Assembly (NCBI GenBank): GCA_964016885.1 | Contig: OZ024742.1 | Span: 72,726,001-72,790,000 of the forward strand | Direction: 5' to 3' | DNA length: 64,000 nt | Source: Eledone cirrhosa | Taxonomy: Eukaryota | Shown: piece by piece, positions 12,365-26,500 of the stretch | Numbering within the stretch: the stretch's first letter is position 1 | Layout: each line of letters begins with the position of its first letter | Made by a program: the position numbers and the translations under genes | Notes under the pieces: model-generated | Seen by the model: the letters and a program-made list of their open reading frames with translations, nothing else | Told to the model about the DNA's origin: nothing | Database searches by the model: none

Positions 12365-12396
<32 letters not shown>

Positions 12397-12699
12397 ATGA
12401 ACAGGTATACACACAAACATACATATACACAGATCTATATCTATATATGTGTGGGAGTGGATGTGTTTGTGTAGAATATATTCAATGACATGCTTTTTAC
12501 AAAAAAGTGGTGGAAGGTGAAGCAATAAACCATACTTGGTGTAACAAAATGAAAACAATTATGAATTGACATGACGTAAGTGAACACACACACACACACA
12601 CACACATATATGAACAAACATATTTGTTCGTGGGCACATGAGCATTTACTGGCTCAAAGTACTCAATAGTTGAAACAGTAAAGTTCTTCACTTCTTTGC

Positions 12700-13200
12700 C
12701 CACTTGTAGTTGAGAGGGTTGTTGGGGACAGAATCCTCAAACACACTTTCCAGATGGTCCCATCAGTTGCAACCCTCTCCAAATGATCCAGCTGGAACCC
12801 TAAGTGAGACCAACTGAGCCCATGAATATTATCTATCTATCTTGCTTGTGGTCTACCTCTGGGTTCCCTGCCAGTTGGCTTTGCCTGTATAATCTGTCCA
12901 GCAATTCTTTTCTTAGACATTCTAACCATATGTCCATAATACTGGAGCTGTCATCTTTTGATTCAGAGAAGTAAACTGGAACAACTCCCTGATCTCCAAG
13001 CTATGCACCCTATTGAATAATGTTAATCTAAAGACTCTCGAGAGGAACCCCAGTTCAGCTGCTAGTATTTGCAATTGTATTCTTTCGGCCATTATCCAAG
13101 ATTCATGAACATAGGTAAAGGTAGACACGAACACTAAATTGAAGATAGCAAGTCTGGCTTGAAGCTGGCACATTACTGCACCAGCTCCAAAAATTCTTGC
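12700..13200 (-). mobile_element. Degenerate RTE-like LINE RT C-terminal relic
   Basis: ORF 12922-13173 TFTYVHESW...AAELGFL...RVHSLEIRE; related to 57400-57900. Confidence 0.55.
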
Positions 13201-14275
13201 ATCAAGACACAGGTTTTACATCAGAGTTTTCCTTCCCCTCGAATGATGTCCTAACAAAAACTAAGGGTCTCTCACTCCCACTGGGCTCACAATATGTTCA
13301 GGCACCAAACCAAGTATTTCCATGTCCTATGCATACAAATCATACATACAGAGTGAGAGAGATGATAAAACAATAGACTTCTTAAGACGATTGATGAAGT
13401 AATATAAGCACATATGCGCACAAAACTAGAGCTACACACACAAACAGATCTACAGCTACACACATAAATGTCACACCATTCACGCAGGGATCAAGGGCTA
13501 CAAATATACAAATTCATGTAACACCACACAAATACCTACACAAATTTAGATACACACACACACGCCATTCACACACCTACAGAAGCCAGCAAAAGAGCTA
13601 TGTAATTGCTGTAACTGCTAGGAGAAGCAGCTAAATTTCCTTCAAAACGCACTCCTGCTTGAAAAAGAGGGAGTCACACATTAGATAGTATATTCTAACC
13701 CATGCTAGCATGGAAGATAGACATTAAACGATGATGATGATGATGATTCTGTGATGCCCCGAACAAGACAGGATGAACACAGCTGAAACAACTTTGAACA
13801 TAAGGCAGATGGATGAAGACTGACCTAGGGAAAAACAACCACCTAGAAAAATACATTCACTCAGATCTAAATATACACAGACCTACACATAGATACACAT
13901 GCACGCAACACATACACAACACATACTGTATATACAATACACACATATATACAACTGATATAAAGGTGAAGGAAGTGAATGGGAAACGGAGGTGTGATGT
14001 AAGAGAATATACAACATCGTATGTAGTGTTACATAACATGTGGACATGTTACATCAGTACAGTAGTGCAGGTGATAGTGATAGGTGTGTGTAATGATGAT
14101 AGTGGAAGTAATAATGTTGTTGGTGGTGGTATTGATGGCACCTGAACACCATGGCGCCTCAACACCATGCCGCCGATTTTGTTCAATGGCTCAGGCGCTC
14201 GTCCATAAATGTTTTGAATGCATGTACAGACAGTGTCATGTGCCGAAATTTCCTTGTTGAAGAAAATTAATTAAG

Positions 14276-14326
<51 letters not shown>

Positions 14327-14785
14327 ATATATATTTGAACACAGAGAGAGAAAGAGAGATAGGAGAGAGAGACTGTATTCTGTTTTCTGCAGTTACAATA
14401 ATCATAGATATTTGTAAAAAGAGGTGATTGATGATGGTGCTGATAGCGGTGGTGGTATAGGTGTTGGAGTAGCTGTAGAGTCGGTAATCATACATGTGAG
14501 GGTGGGTAGTGACAATGATGGTGGTGGCATAGGTGTTGTTGGAATGGCTGTAGATTCCGTAGTCGAAAACGTCGGTGGGGGCGGCGTGACAATCGTGGTG
14601 GTGGCGAAGGTGTTGTTACAGTGGCTACAGAAGGGCGTTTTCCTTAGATTCTGTAATCATAAAACATGAGTGGTGAGGTGACAGCGGTTGTAAGTTAGTA
14701 GCAGTGAAAGCCTTAGTCCTTATGATCTCCAAGAGGAGATAAATTGTAGTGGTAACTGTGGGTTGTTTTGTAATCATTTGCTCTC

Positions 14786-14835
<50 letters not shown>

Positions 14836-14842
14836 ATACATA

Positions 14843-14938
14843 CAGGGTGTCCCAAAAATGTATACACACTTTAACAGCATTTTAATAATGTGAATATATA
14901 TATATTTTCTTTTTTTTTTGGGGGGGGGGTGCATCCTG
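14843..14938. mobile_element. Short Tc1/mariner-type MITE
   Basis: TA-CAGGGTGTCCC ... GGGTGCATCCTG-TA imperfect TIRs with TA flanks. Confidence 0.5.
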
Positions 14939-15450
14939 TATATAAATATATATATATACATATACACATACATACATATACACACGTAGTTGGCAATGTC
15001 TTAACTAAAAGACGCGTCCTTTTCAATTTAACTAGCCATTGTTTTGGGGTTGGCCTCGCATCGCTATCTTTAATATTATGCCTTTGCTGTCGTCTGGTTT
15101 TTCCTCATTCCCCATGTCGGTACAAACGAAAGAAAAGAGCAATCAACAAACAGCGTTAATTTAATATTTAATTCAACGATTTGGCATATTTATGCATTAC
15201 CAGCTGTTTTGTAGACAAAGATGTTTAACTCCTTCAAATGCGTTCAAATACTAGCAATACATAAATATGTCAAAGTGAGATGACAGTAGGTTTCTATCTA
15301 TAATGACCAACAAATTGAACTTGAAAATATTATTACTTGGCAGTATTAACTCTTTGGTTAAATCTCTTTATATACAAATCAAAAAATTGTTTATTCACTG
15401 TTGTAAAAAAAGGGATATACTAATACAATGCTTACAGATGTGTGTGTGTG

Positions 15451-15493
<43 letters not shown>

Positions 15494-15999
15494 CATATAT
15501 CTAGAGAGAGAGGGGGGAGAGAGAGAGAGGAGTTGTGTGTAGGAGAGTAGAAAAAGGGGATAAGGAAAAACCAAAGACTACAGCCAAGGCATAATTAATC
15601 TTAGAGATAGTAGTGCTGGTGGTGGAAGCGAGGACAACGACAAAACAATAGCTAGTTAAGTTGAAAAGGACGTGTCCTCCAGTTAATTAAGACATTGTCA
15701 ACTACGTGTGTGTGGCTGTGTTGTCTGAGTGGTGTGGGGAAAAGGTACGTGCATAATTACACTGGGGTGAGTGGGTGGTAGTAGTGGTGGTAGAGCCCCA
15801 GGACGTCTTATTGGAAGGGGGAAAAAGACAAATTCAGGTGACAGATAGATAAAAAAAAAAAGAAACCAAAAAAATCAAGGTGTGAATATGTGTGTGTATG
15901 TATGTATATATATATATGTATGTGTAACTACCAAATTTTTTTACTGAATACACACACACACATTGCTGAGCTGCTGATCGAACTTCGAATATGCTGTAC

Positions 16000-16037
<38 letters not shown>

Positions 16038-16191
16038 GTATGTGTACACAATGGTAATGTTACAAATATATATAGGTGTGATATATCCTGTATATAACCT
16101 GTTCACCTTGGCGTGTGGATACGGACATACGTGTGTGTATATATATATAGATATAAGGTGGGGTATACACAATTTCTCAATCCACGTATAC

Positions 16192-16249
<58 letters not shown>

Positions 16250-16662
16250 CGAAGAAAACGTGTTAGGAAAATCATGCAGCGAAGTTCTAATTCCTCGCCA
16301 GGCATACGGTATGAAGCGGGGACGAGAGAAGAAGCTACCTCCACTCCACTATTGATAATGATGATGATCACAATCATTAATCAGCAGAAATCGGATAGCC
16401 GAACCTGGACTGACAGGCTATCGATTTCCTCAGGTCCCTCAAAACCTTGTATCACTCTCTCTCTCTTCTGATCGGACAAAAAGAAACAGACGGAAATACA
16501 CACTTTTCAAACATCTCTATATTAGTAAAAAAAATTACAACAGTATTTATCAATGCCTGCATTTTGCCAAGCTAACTACACATACAAAACAAGTATATGC
16601 GTGTATGTGTATATATCTATCCATCTACAGATATACACACATCACATACACGAAAAGCATAT

Positions 16663-16715
<53 letters not shown>

Positions 16716-16973
16716 GCACGGGTGATGACAGTAGTTTTTATGTTGCGATTAGTCAGTCATTCGACGCAATTTACCTATATAATCGGTCATTTTACATTCG
16801 CTTTTCCATGCTGATACGGGGTGTGTGTGTGTGTGTGTATATAAATGTGTGTGTGTATATATATATATATGATTGTTAATGTTCTCGTTTAACACGAAGA
16901 GAACTATAATTTAAGGCAAGATCTCCCAGATGAAACAGAACAAGTCACTGTAAGGGTAATTAAATTTAATATG

Positions 16974-17078
<105 letters not shown>

Positions 17079-18020
17079 TTGCACAGATACATACAATCTA
17101 TGTAGTTATATCTATTAAAGTTTTTAACAAGCTAGATAGAATAGTCAGTCCACAGTATGTTACAGTCAGCGGTAAGTGTGTTTGTCTGTATCACTCCAAC
17201 AAATGCCACTTCACCTCCAATATTACACCTTTAATATAACAAAACTACACCACACACACACACACACACACACACAGTATGCTATGTGCTGGGATGCTAG
17301 GTAGGCGGCGTAGTGTAGTAATTCGACAGGTGTTAAAAAATCAACGTTAATTAACGAAAAGTGTGCCGTTTAGTTACAGGTCTTTATGTTCAAAGTTCAA
17401 ATCCCATGTCACTGGCAAGTTCTCAAACCGAAAAACCGGCCTACATACTTAGTTGCTAAGATTCACAACTACGTTGGTTTAGCTGGCCTCCTCTGGCGTT
17501 TCATCTCGAAGGTTTTGTTGATATTTTAATGATAGGGATCCCAGTCCTATCATGCCCAAACACTGGCAACAAAAAGAGAACTCTGCAAAATTCCTCTCAG
17601 AATCTCTGGGTGCTTTAAGCAAAGTGGAAAAAACTACGTTTTGATCCAAAGAGGTCAGAGTGGAAGAAGTGTCAGATATTTACAGTCCCCCTCCGGTTCC
17701 TATGTACTGGTGATGTTAACCCGGGCAACAGATTAAGTCTACCACCCAAGAACTTGGAAGACAAATAGCTGGAACAAACACAAGGCATATCGTCTGATAT
17801 TCTAACAATTCTACCAACCCACTGCCTTGGAATGGTACTTTATTTTGTCAACTCCCAAAAGCATGAAAGGCAAAGTTCAATTTCAACAGGATTTGAACTC
17901 AGGCATTTTGTGATAAACTCCAATGACTCCTGCACCCACAATTGAAAATACAAACAAACAATACATACACCATTTGTTAGAGATAGCAGCCAAATCTCCC
18001 TCAAATTACATCTTATTGTG

Positions 18021-18420
18021 CACCCAGTTCACTCTAAAGTGGTTGGTGTTAAGAAGGGCATCCCAAAGAGTTGAGAATAGTCTTCAGTTGTGTCTATGAC
18101 ATGACAACATCTCTAGTGCTAGAGCCACAATAAAATACATCCAGTACACTTTGAAAAGTGGTTGGTGTTAGGAAGAGCATCCAGTCATATAAACCATGAT
18201 GAAAAGGTTGAGAGAGCTCTTCAGTTATGTCTAAGATATTGCAATTTCTCAAGTACTGGGACCACAATAAAATTTACCCATTACACTCTGTAAAATGGTT
18301 GTGTTAAGAAGGGCATTCGGTTATAGAAATCATGCCAAAGCAGGAACATATGTAGCACCTGGTCTGTAACAATCTGTCCAACCCATACCAGCATGGAAAA
18401 GTAGTTGTAAAATGATGACA
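18021..18420 (+). repeat. Three diverged ~118-bp tandem units of the RTE/SINE 3' module
   Basis: CCCAGT-CACTCT-AAAGTGGTTGGTGTTAAGAAGGGCATC recurs at ~18021, ~18140 and ~18277; ends with a CATGGAAAAG...ATGATGA tail. Confidence 0.6.
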
Positions 18421-19527
18421 ATGATTATATATATGAACCAAATCTCCCAGAAAAAGAGGACATTGTATAATACAGCCCTAGAAACCCGGAAGTCAGAATA
18501 GACATAGCTAGAACTGTCTTCGATCATAGGTCTGCAAAGGACATTAGCATAGCCTCTTCATCTGGACCACGTCAATAAATAAAAAATTTAACCCTTTTAT
18601 GATCATATTCCTAATGCAATACACTGTATTTCAATTAATTTGAAATAATTTACTAAAGTTAACTATTTCATTAAGAGTATTTGTAACATAAATGTTTCAA
18701 TGGTTTTTACATAAAATTATGTTTGTTTCGTAGAAGTTGAGGCAATTTTGAGTGAGTTCGTATCAAGAGTTTAAATAAGACATTGTGATTTGAAAGAAAT
18801 TTTGTCAAGTGACATGTAACGGCTCCTTGTTACAGCTCTCATCTACATAGGTTCAGCTGGCCTGCTACAAGGTTGCATTACACAAGAAATATTTATGACG
18901 TTTTAATGATATAAGGCCTCAGTCCTATCAAGAAACTAGCCCATTGCAGGGGTTAACCCCCAGCTGCAGCTGATACTCATTTTTTTTTTGTCAACTTAGT
19001 GAACTGGAGCAACATGAAATGAAACATCTTGCTAGAGAGATTATCAGTTATTGTCCCAACTGAAGCTCCCACCCTGCTCTGAGGGCAAAGTGAGAAAGAA
19101 GATAAACATGATGTTATGCATATATGGCATGTGTGGTGGTATTTGACAGGTGATGTAGGATGGATGGGGTGACTTCCAATAGGATAGAGGAAGTAGTTAC
19201 TGGTGTGTTGGGAGGGAATGGATGTTAGTTAATAATTCTTTCTAACATTTACACAATGCTAGTAAAATTGATTATGCCAGGATTTGAACTCAGAACATAA
19301 AGGGCCATAAAGCATTTTTTCTGATACTCTAACAATTCTGTCATTTCACCACCCTAAAAGTTTGGTAAAGCCCACTTAGTGTAGATCCTGGCCAAGATTG
19401 AATCACAAACCAGGATCACCAACATCTCTAATACCTAACCACTAGGCTACTAAGATGACTATACTGTTAGTTAATAATAATAAAAATAGAAAAATGGCTT
19501 CAATTTTTTTCAGTGGTATACTTATAT

Positions 19528-19920
19528 ATCATCATCATCATCGTTTAACGTCCATGTTCCACGCTTGCATGGGTTTGGACGGGAGTTTTCCCACTTGAGG
19601 CAAGAGTGGTTGTCTTGCTCGCATAGGACTGTCTGGCGGGTTTTCTACAGCTGGATGCCCTTCCTAACACCAACCACATCCACAGTGTGGGGCTGGGAGG
19701 TTTTTACCGTGTTGCCTACACGGCCACATTACAGCGTGGACTGTGTGTTTTTTTTGTCGTGACACCTACACGATCTCATATGTTTCGGCCTGGATTTTGT
19801 GGCACCAACATAACTTTACATTGAAAGGGGTTGGTGTGGATGGGTGGGGGCGGTGGGACGGGGGTGTATTTTGTTAGAGATGCCTAATGACTGTAGTAGG
19901 TTTTACTTTGTATTTAGGTA
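19528..19920 (-). mobile_element. RTE LINE 3'UTR-only copy
   Basis: Homologous to 4850-5220; (GAT)n tail. Confidence 0.85.
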
Positions 19921-20540
19921 TATATATCAAGAAAAACAATGAAGTTTTATTTACATGTATTTATTGTGTATCGACCTGTTACATGCGTTCCACAGAGGAT
20001 TGGCTCAAGGTCACCCATAGAAGTTATAGAGCTGACTCCAATATCAATCTGCTCCTCAAACTGGCGATTCAACAAAAAATATAGTATTTGTTGTGATTTG
20101 TGAGATGATGGGTATATATATAAACATCGGCCCAATTTTTTTGTGTATGTAGGCTTATGTAAGTGTTTCAGTGCTACTTTTGTGCAGATATATGCACGGA
20201 TTTGCATGTGCGTGTGTGTGTTTGCATGTGTTGATGTGTGAGCTGGACATTCAAAGTCTTGTTTTTGTGGTGTAGTGATGTATCATGAACAGGAAGTGAA
20301 AAGAATGACCATTTAGCAGAGGGGCTATGGTGTGTGTCACGCTACAATGACCCAGTATAGGGTCATCACTAAACAGACTATGGCCACCAAGTAAATAAAT
20401 AAGTAAGTGCGTGTATGAATTTGTTCATACTGAGTGTAATAAGAATATTATATATATGTAAAAAGTAAACAGAAATCACAAAGCAAACGCCATACAATGA
20501 AAAAATATATAAGTTTAATGCTTGAAATAATAGGAAAAGA

Positions 20541-20580
20541 ATTTTATCATTTCAGACACTAGTCCTTCATCAGAAGATAG
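20541..20580 (-). ncRNA. Degenerate minimal hammerhead ribozyme motif
   Basis: Minus strand reads TCTT-CTGATGA-A-GGAC(TAGT)GTCT-GAAA-TGATA; stems I and III are weak. Confidence 0.45.
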
Positions 20581-21289
20581 AATGAGAAATAAAAGATGAA
20601 ATAGAAATAGATTGAAAAGAAGAAAGAACTGAGAAAAAGACACACTTGACTAGGTACTTTATTTTATCAACCTCGGAAGGATGAAAGGCAAAGTTGACCT
20701 TGGCAGGATTTGAATTCAGGAAATACAATTTCATATGTTAGGTCAGTCTGATGAGGAGAATACATGCTTGTATTTGTTTATTGTTTGTTTTTCCACTTAC
20801 GCATTTGCTAATACAGGTATACATCACCCTACATCGTCAATTGCTTCTAGAAGTCAAGAAAAGTCGAACAGCAAATGTCGAACAGCAAATGTCAAGGCAT
20901 TCCCTACATTTCTTTGTACTGTATTTTTTAGCATTTATTTAAATGTGATTTTATGTTTTCATTGCTTTTTTTTAGTGTTTTCTATGGCTTAATATTTTTG
21001 GCAGACCGACATAAAGTAGAGTCAATCGACATAACACAAGATATATTTTTGCCATATATGAAGAAAAACCACTGTAACTTTAAAAAAAAAAAATGTAGCA
21101 ATGGAGTCACCTTGGAGTGAAATGTAAAGCAATAAAAAAAATACTCAATACCAGAGTAGAATATTTATTCAGAACTAAGTCTCATAGCTTCTCACTACCG
21201 ATCTCCAGATGACTGTGGGTGTGTGTGTAGATAATATATTAATTTATTAATATATCTTGTTGCCTCCATGAGGACAAGCTGAAGTATGC

Positions 21290-21570
21290 AGCCAGTGAAA
21301 CCTCCAGTCTTACACTGTAAAGTGGTTGTGATGGCAACACAGCCAAAAACACCCAGCCCACACAGTAAAGTGGTCGTGTGTCACAACAAAAAACACCTGA
21401 ACTCACTGTAAATGAGGTTGGCACTAGGAAGGGCATCCAGCTGTAAAAACCAAGCCAAAATCAGTTCTGTATGAGCAAGACATGGTCACCTGACCTGGCA
21501 TTGCTCACAACAGGATAACTGGTATAACCTATGCCAGCGTGGAAAAGTGGACGTTAAATGGTGATGATGA
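21290..21570 (+). mobile_element. RTE/SINE 3' tail fragment
   Basis: AGGAAGGGCATCCAGCTGTA module and GGACGTTAAATGGTGATGATGA tail. Confidence 0.7.
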
Positions 21571-22465
21571 CATATATACATATATATATGTGAAGAAAGA
21601 GAGACCTATCAGGGAAAGCTAATGATTATGATATATATGCACTTGGTTGACTATCGAGTTCAATGATGACCTTTGAGACAGTACTTAAAGAGGAGCAGCC
21701 ACAGAGAAAGTAGTCAAGAAGACAATCAGGGAATCATTACTACTTTTGCTAAACCTACCATGTGCCCTTACAAGTGAGAAAGCTATAGGAGTGGTAGTAT
21801 TTTGTTGTCACAGGTAAGCACGATTCCCAGACAACTGCAACAATAATGACTACCCCTAAGATCTAAGGCCCACATTGCAAGAGAAAATACCTGCACAATG
21901 AAGCTTTATTAGGGTGTTGGGTGAGCAGACTTCCCTGTATTATTGTCTTCACTATAGAGGCAACTGGTACTTCATCCCAGTAGCAGGCGATTGATGGAGA
22001 TTGCTGGAAATTCTGTGTCAGAGACCACCTTAACCCTTTAGTAAGAAAGATATGGTCGTGTGATGCATATGGGTAAAGAAGTGCCAAGCAATCAAAGTGG
22101 AAGAAACCTGCATAAAAGAAAGACTGTGGTGACAACTGATTTCAGTAAGCTGGATTTCACAAAGGGTTATAACACGTATCAAGATAATGTGCTGGAGAAG
22201 ACACATCAAACCCATGCTGATATGAAAAAAAAATACACGAGAAATGATATATATATATATTTATATATATCATCATTTTTACGTCAACTTTTCCATGCTG
22301 GAATGAGTTGGACAGGACTTTTTGAAACAATATTTTACAGATGGATGCCCTTCCTGACACTAAACATTTTAGTTACTTCTTATGACATGCAGGGATACAG
22401 TGCACCTGTTTTAAACCAGATACACACACACATATACATATACATATATATATGTATACTAACAC

Positions 22466-22467
<2 letters not shown>

Positions 22468-22552
<85 letters not shown>
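22468..22552. repeat. (GT)n microsatellite
   Basis: Seen directly. Confidence 0.95.
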
Positions 22553-22555
<3 letters not shown>

Positions 22556-23429
22556 GGTGAATAATCCCTAAGCTCTAAAAGGTTACAGATCAGTGTTCAG
22601 CTTGAGTTTCATGGTGTAAAAAAGATGAGAGATACATCTACCCATAGATAAGATAAGAAACTACCACAGATAACACTTCATTGATGATCTAGTATCTAAT
22701 GCTACAGACAGCTAAGTGAACTGAGATAGGAATAAAGTGTTCAGTTCAGAAACGCAAAAAACAACTTGCAAAAGATTGAACCCATGACTGAGTAAATAGT
22801 TCTAATATATACATTCACTCAACCATCTTACTCTCTAAGTGTTTGAGTATGTTGTAAAATTTGGTAGATAGAAACTGTGCAAAATTGTGTGTGAGCATGT
22901 GTGGAAGGACATGTTAGATACACAACAGCACCAGATGACAAACCTTTTAAGAGTCTTTACCCAGCTAAAGTAGGGGGTTATCCGTGCATGTGCCATAACG
23001 AGCTTCTTCCTTTTGCATCCTCGTTACATGTATATTAGATTTAGAATAGGTATACTATATCCCTGCATGTTGTAAGAGGCAACTCAAAATGTTGGCACCA
23101 GGAAGGGCATCCAGCCATAGAACATTACCTCAAAAGGGACTCCATAATGAGTATGATTAGACAAAAAACAGAAGGAATAGTTATGGTTAGAATGTCATAT
23201 GTTAGGTCTACTGGATCAAGGTAGACTGGGTCTAAACAACTGACAATATGAATTGCCCCCTACATATATAAAAAAAAAAAAAAAATATTGTACCCTACCC
23301 AATCTAAAAAATAGCTCAAATGATCATATAGAGGCTCTTTTGCAAAATGTTATAAATTGGTGTATGAAGATAGATACACTGCATATGTTTTATATTCATC
23401 AACAGAACACTTTATTCCACATTATTTCA

Positions 23430-23596
23430 AGAGGGTCGGACGCCATGCTTTCTAGCATAGTTACGTCCCTTTACGATCTGAGTTCAAATCCCGCCGAGGT
23501 TGACTTTGCCTTTCATCCTTACGGGGTCGATAAAATAAAGTACCAGTAATGCACTGGGTAATTGCTGGCCTTGTGCCTAAAGTAGAAACAATTATT
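23430..23596 (+). mobile_element. Second tRNA-derived SINE family (OK/OR1-like), 5'-truncated
   Basis: B box GAGTTCAAATCCC, central GAGGTTGACTTTGCCTTTCATCCTTACGGGGTCGATAAAATAAAGTACCAG, (ATT)n tail; near-identical copies at 35871 and 44679. Confidence 0.8.
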
Positions 23597-26500
23597 TCAG
23601 CTCATATAGCTGCCTTTGAGAATAGGCAGATCATGTGGAGAATATCATCTCTGATAGACCAGTATCCCTAAGCAGGAAGGAGTTATCTTTTATTTGCTTC
23701 ATGCAACACAAAGGGAAAGGTGAATATATATATATATATATCATCATCATCATCATCATCAAAATAAACCAAGAAAACAATACAAAGATGACATATTAGT
23801 TTAACACATGATATAATAGGAAAAGAGTTGTTTTGAATATGAGAGAAGAAATGAGATACATGGAAGTACAAAAACAAAAAAAATAGTTATACAAAAGAGA
23901 AAGCATGTTGTTGTTAGTCACCCATCTTGAAATGTTAACTTCATATCACGAAGTGACATCCATCAAACAATAGAATAGATAAATATGAAATCATGTCTGC
24001 TCAATTAGGACTGATCTCGATCTAAAACTAACAAATATAAACAGACTGCATAACAAAAGTGAGGTGGAGTCCATCCAAATGATTAACACCTACACAACAA
24101 CACACTGAAAACCTAACATACTGTGTCCTCTCTATTTACTTTACTGCTGCTACATGAGTCCCTACTTTCTATACCAGTCACATTGGGCTTAAGGTTTCTC
24201 AATGCTCTTCTCATACACCCTACTCCACCCCACACATAATGAACCCACACTTTTTTCATCGTGCCTACTACCTCACCCATTACACATTAAGCATACAATC
24301 CAATTTGTCTCTCTCCACATCTATCAGGGAGAAAGGGAGTGTCCATAATCCTTTCCTGGGCCTCAAACATTAGTAGATGAGAAGGAAAAAGGTATTCTCA
24401 AACTGAAGACCTTATTGGAATGCTTGCAATAAAGAAGACCCCCATTAAAGGCACTCAAAGGCCAGGTGTTGGCATTAAACCAAACAAACAATTAAGTCTA
24501 CCACCCAAGCAAGCCACAGCATGATTTGAACTCAGAACAGAAATAGCTGGAAAAAATACCATAAGACATCGTATCCGACACTCTAATAATTCCACCAATT
24601 CACAAACTTAGACTGGTACTTTATCAGCTCAAGAAGGATGAAGGGCAAGCTCAACCTCAGTCATCTTTCTGAAAATATTCTGCACACATCAATATTAACC
24701 ACATCTTCCTCATCAATCTGGGAGTGCCTGCAAAGGCTAAGGGCATGGGTCTTTCTTCTCCAGACTATAATTAGATAAAATATAAAGACTTCTATAAAAA
24801 CACAGGCTTCGTTGTGTGGTTAAGAAGTTCGTTTTTCGACCATTTGGTTCCCACTTTGATCCCAAGTGTCTCCTAGTCTCAAGTTGACCAAAGCCTTGTG
24901 AGTGAAATTTGGTAGATGGAAACTGTGCCAAAGCCCATTGTATATGTGAGTGCATTGTTTATGCCCACATTGTTTAATGTCATTTATATCCTGTAACTTG
25001 GCAGTTCAATAAATACAAATCAATCAAATAAGGACCAGACTTAAAAAAATAAAATAGGACAGACACTCAATATGATCAACTAAAAACCTTCAAAGTGGTG
25101 CCACAGCCCAATGACTGAGCCGTTAAAAAAAGTATATATGCCAACACTATTGAAAGGTGTGCTGTTATTTGATAGTGAGATACAGGGAATTTAGGATATT
25201 TGTGCTTTTCTACCAACATAAGTGAAACAGCTCCACAGGTAGACATAAGTTCATAATAGAGCAGTATTACCTACTCTGGCTTCTGAAGCAACCCAAGGTC
25301 CCATGAAATATGCTGTCTCTTTTTGAAACAAATTTATTTTATTTCATATTTTATCATAGTGGTGGGGATTGGTTGTAAAATATAGGTTTAAATTCTATGA
25401 TTTTGGGGAAATTATTTAAGGTTTCCATGATAGCTAAAGTGGATAGAAAGTTGCTAAGAACTTAAAAACTAAAACAAACTAAAGATTTAATTTGTTTTAT
25501 TAGAATAGGGAGTGAAACTAGCAAAGATATGTTTTTTATGTGTGGTATGTATAAAAGGAATCAGATGTAGCATGCAGAAAGATTTGGACAGAGGTTGTAA
25601 AGACTATTCTCAAAAAACTGAATCTCACAAAGGAGTTGACAAAAGATACAAGAGGCGAGATTGTGAACTGAAGAGGATTCATCTAACTCATGTAAGCATG
25701 GAAGAATGGACATATAAACGATGATGATAAAGAAAACTAAATTTTGAGGGGAAAAGACAGTTAACCAAATCATCTCCACTACTCAACTGTTACTTATTTT
25801 ATCAATTCCAAGTGATAAGAAGCAAAACAAACCAATATAGGATTAAAACTTAGAACATAAGCGCCATAACTAAATATATATTCTACCATCCATTGCTCCT
25901 TTGTACCTTCCATAAAAAATGATTCTTATGTCATACATTAGCACAAAGCCTCCAAATATGCAGGGCTCAGCTTCAGTGTAAGGAATTGATTGATGCCCCA
26001 CTCTCCATACCACCCCCACCTACCCCCTGTTTCTATGGAACAAAACCACCTATTTTAAAGGGTTCCAAAATGATTTCATATGAGAAAGAACATTTTGTTA
26101 CAAATATCATTTTAATGAAATTATAATTTTAGTAAATACTTCCCAAATTCATTAATTACTCAAAATACAAAATTCATTAATTACTCAAAATACAAAATTT
26201 TTCATTAGAAATACAGCAATGGACGGGTTAAAATGCGTCTGCCATTACATTTATCTTCTCCTTCCCCTATAGCTGCACTAATCAGTGCAAAGTAAACAAC
26301 GACTTCGGTTGAATTTGAACTCGGAACCTAAAGGGACGTAACTGAACAATGCAAAGGTACGCTACTGACTCAGCCAATCAACTAGTCACCTGTGTTAATA
26401 GCGATTGTTTACGATAAAAAAGGGGGGGCGTGTTGTTTAATCGCTTCCATCGAAAACAGTATATCACTGGTCCCTTTATCGACACTTCCCACCATTAAGA

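Noticed and set aside
16400-16500. Strong minus-strand acceptor as possible ARFGEF exon 2
   Set aside because: Phase-1 reading gives EERESDTRF then a stop; no good donor and no similarity to BIG1/2
20748-20765. CTGATGAG motif (also CTGATGA at ~60870 and ~61122)
   Set aside because: No stem II or correctly placed GAAA/stem III; chance matches
21165-21215. Minus-strand CTGGAGA...GAAG hammerhead-like relic
   Set aside because: Both core boxes are mutated and stem II is unconvincing
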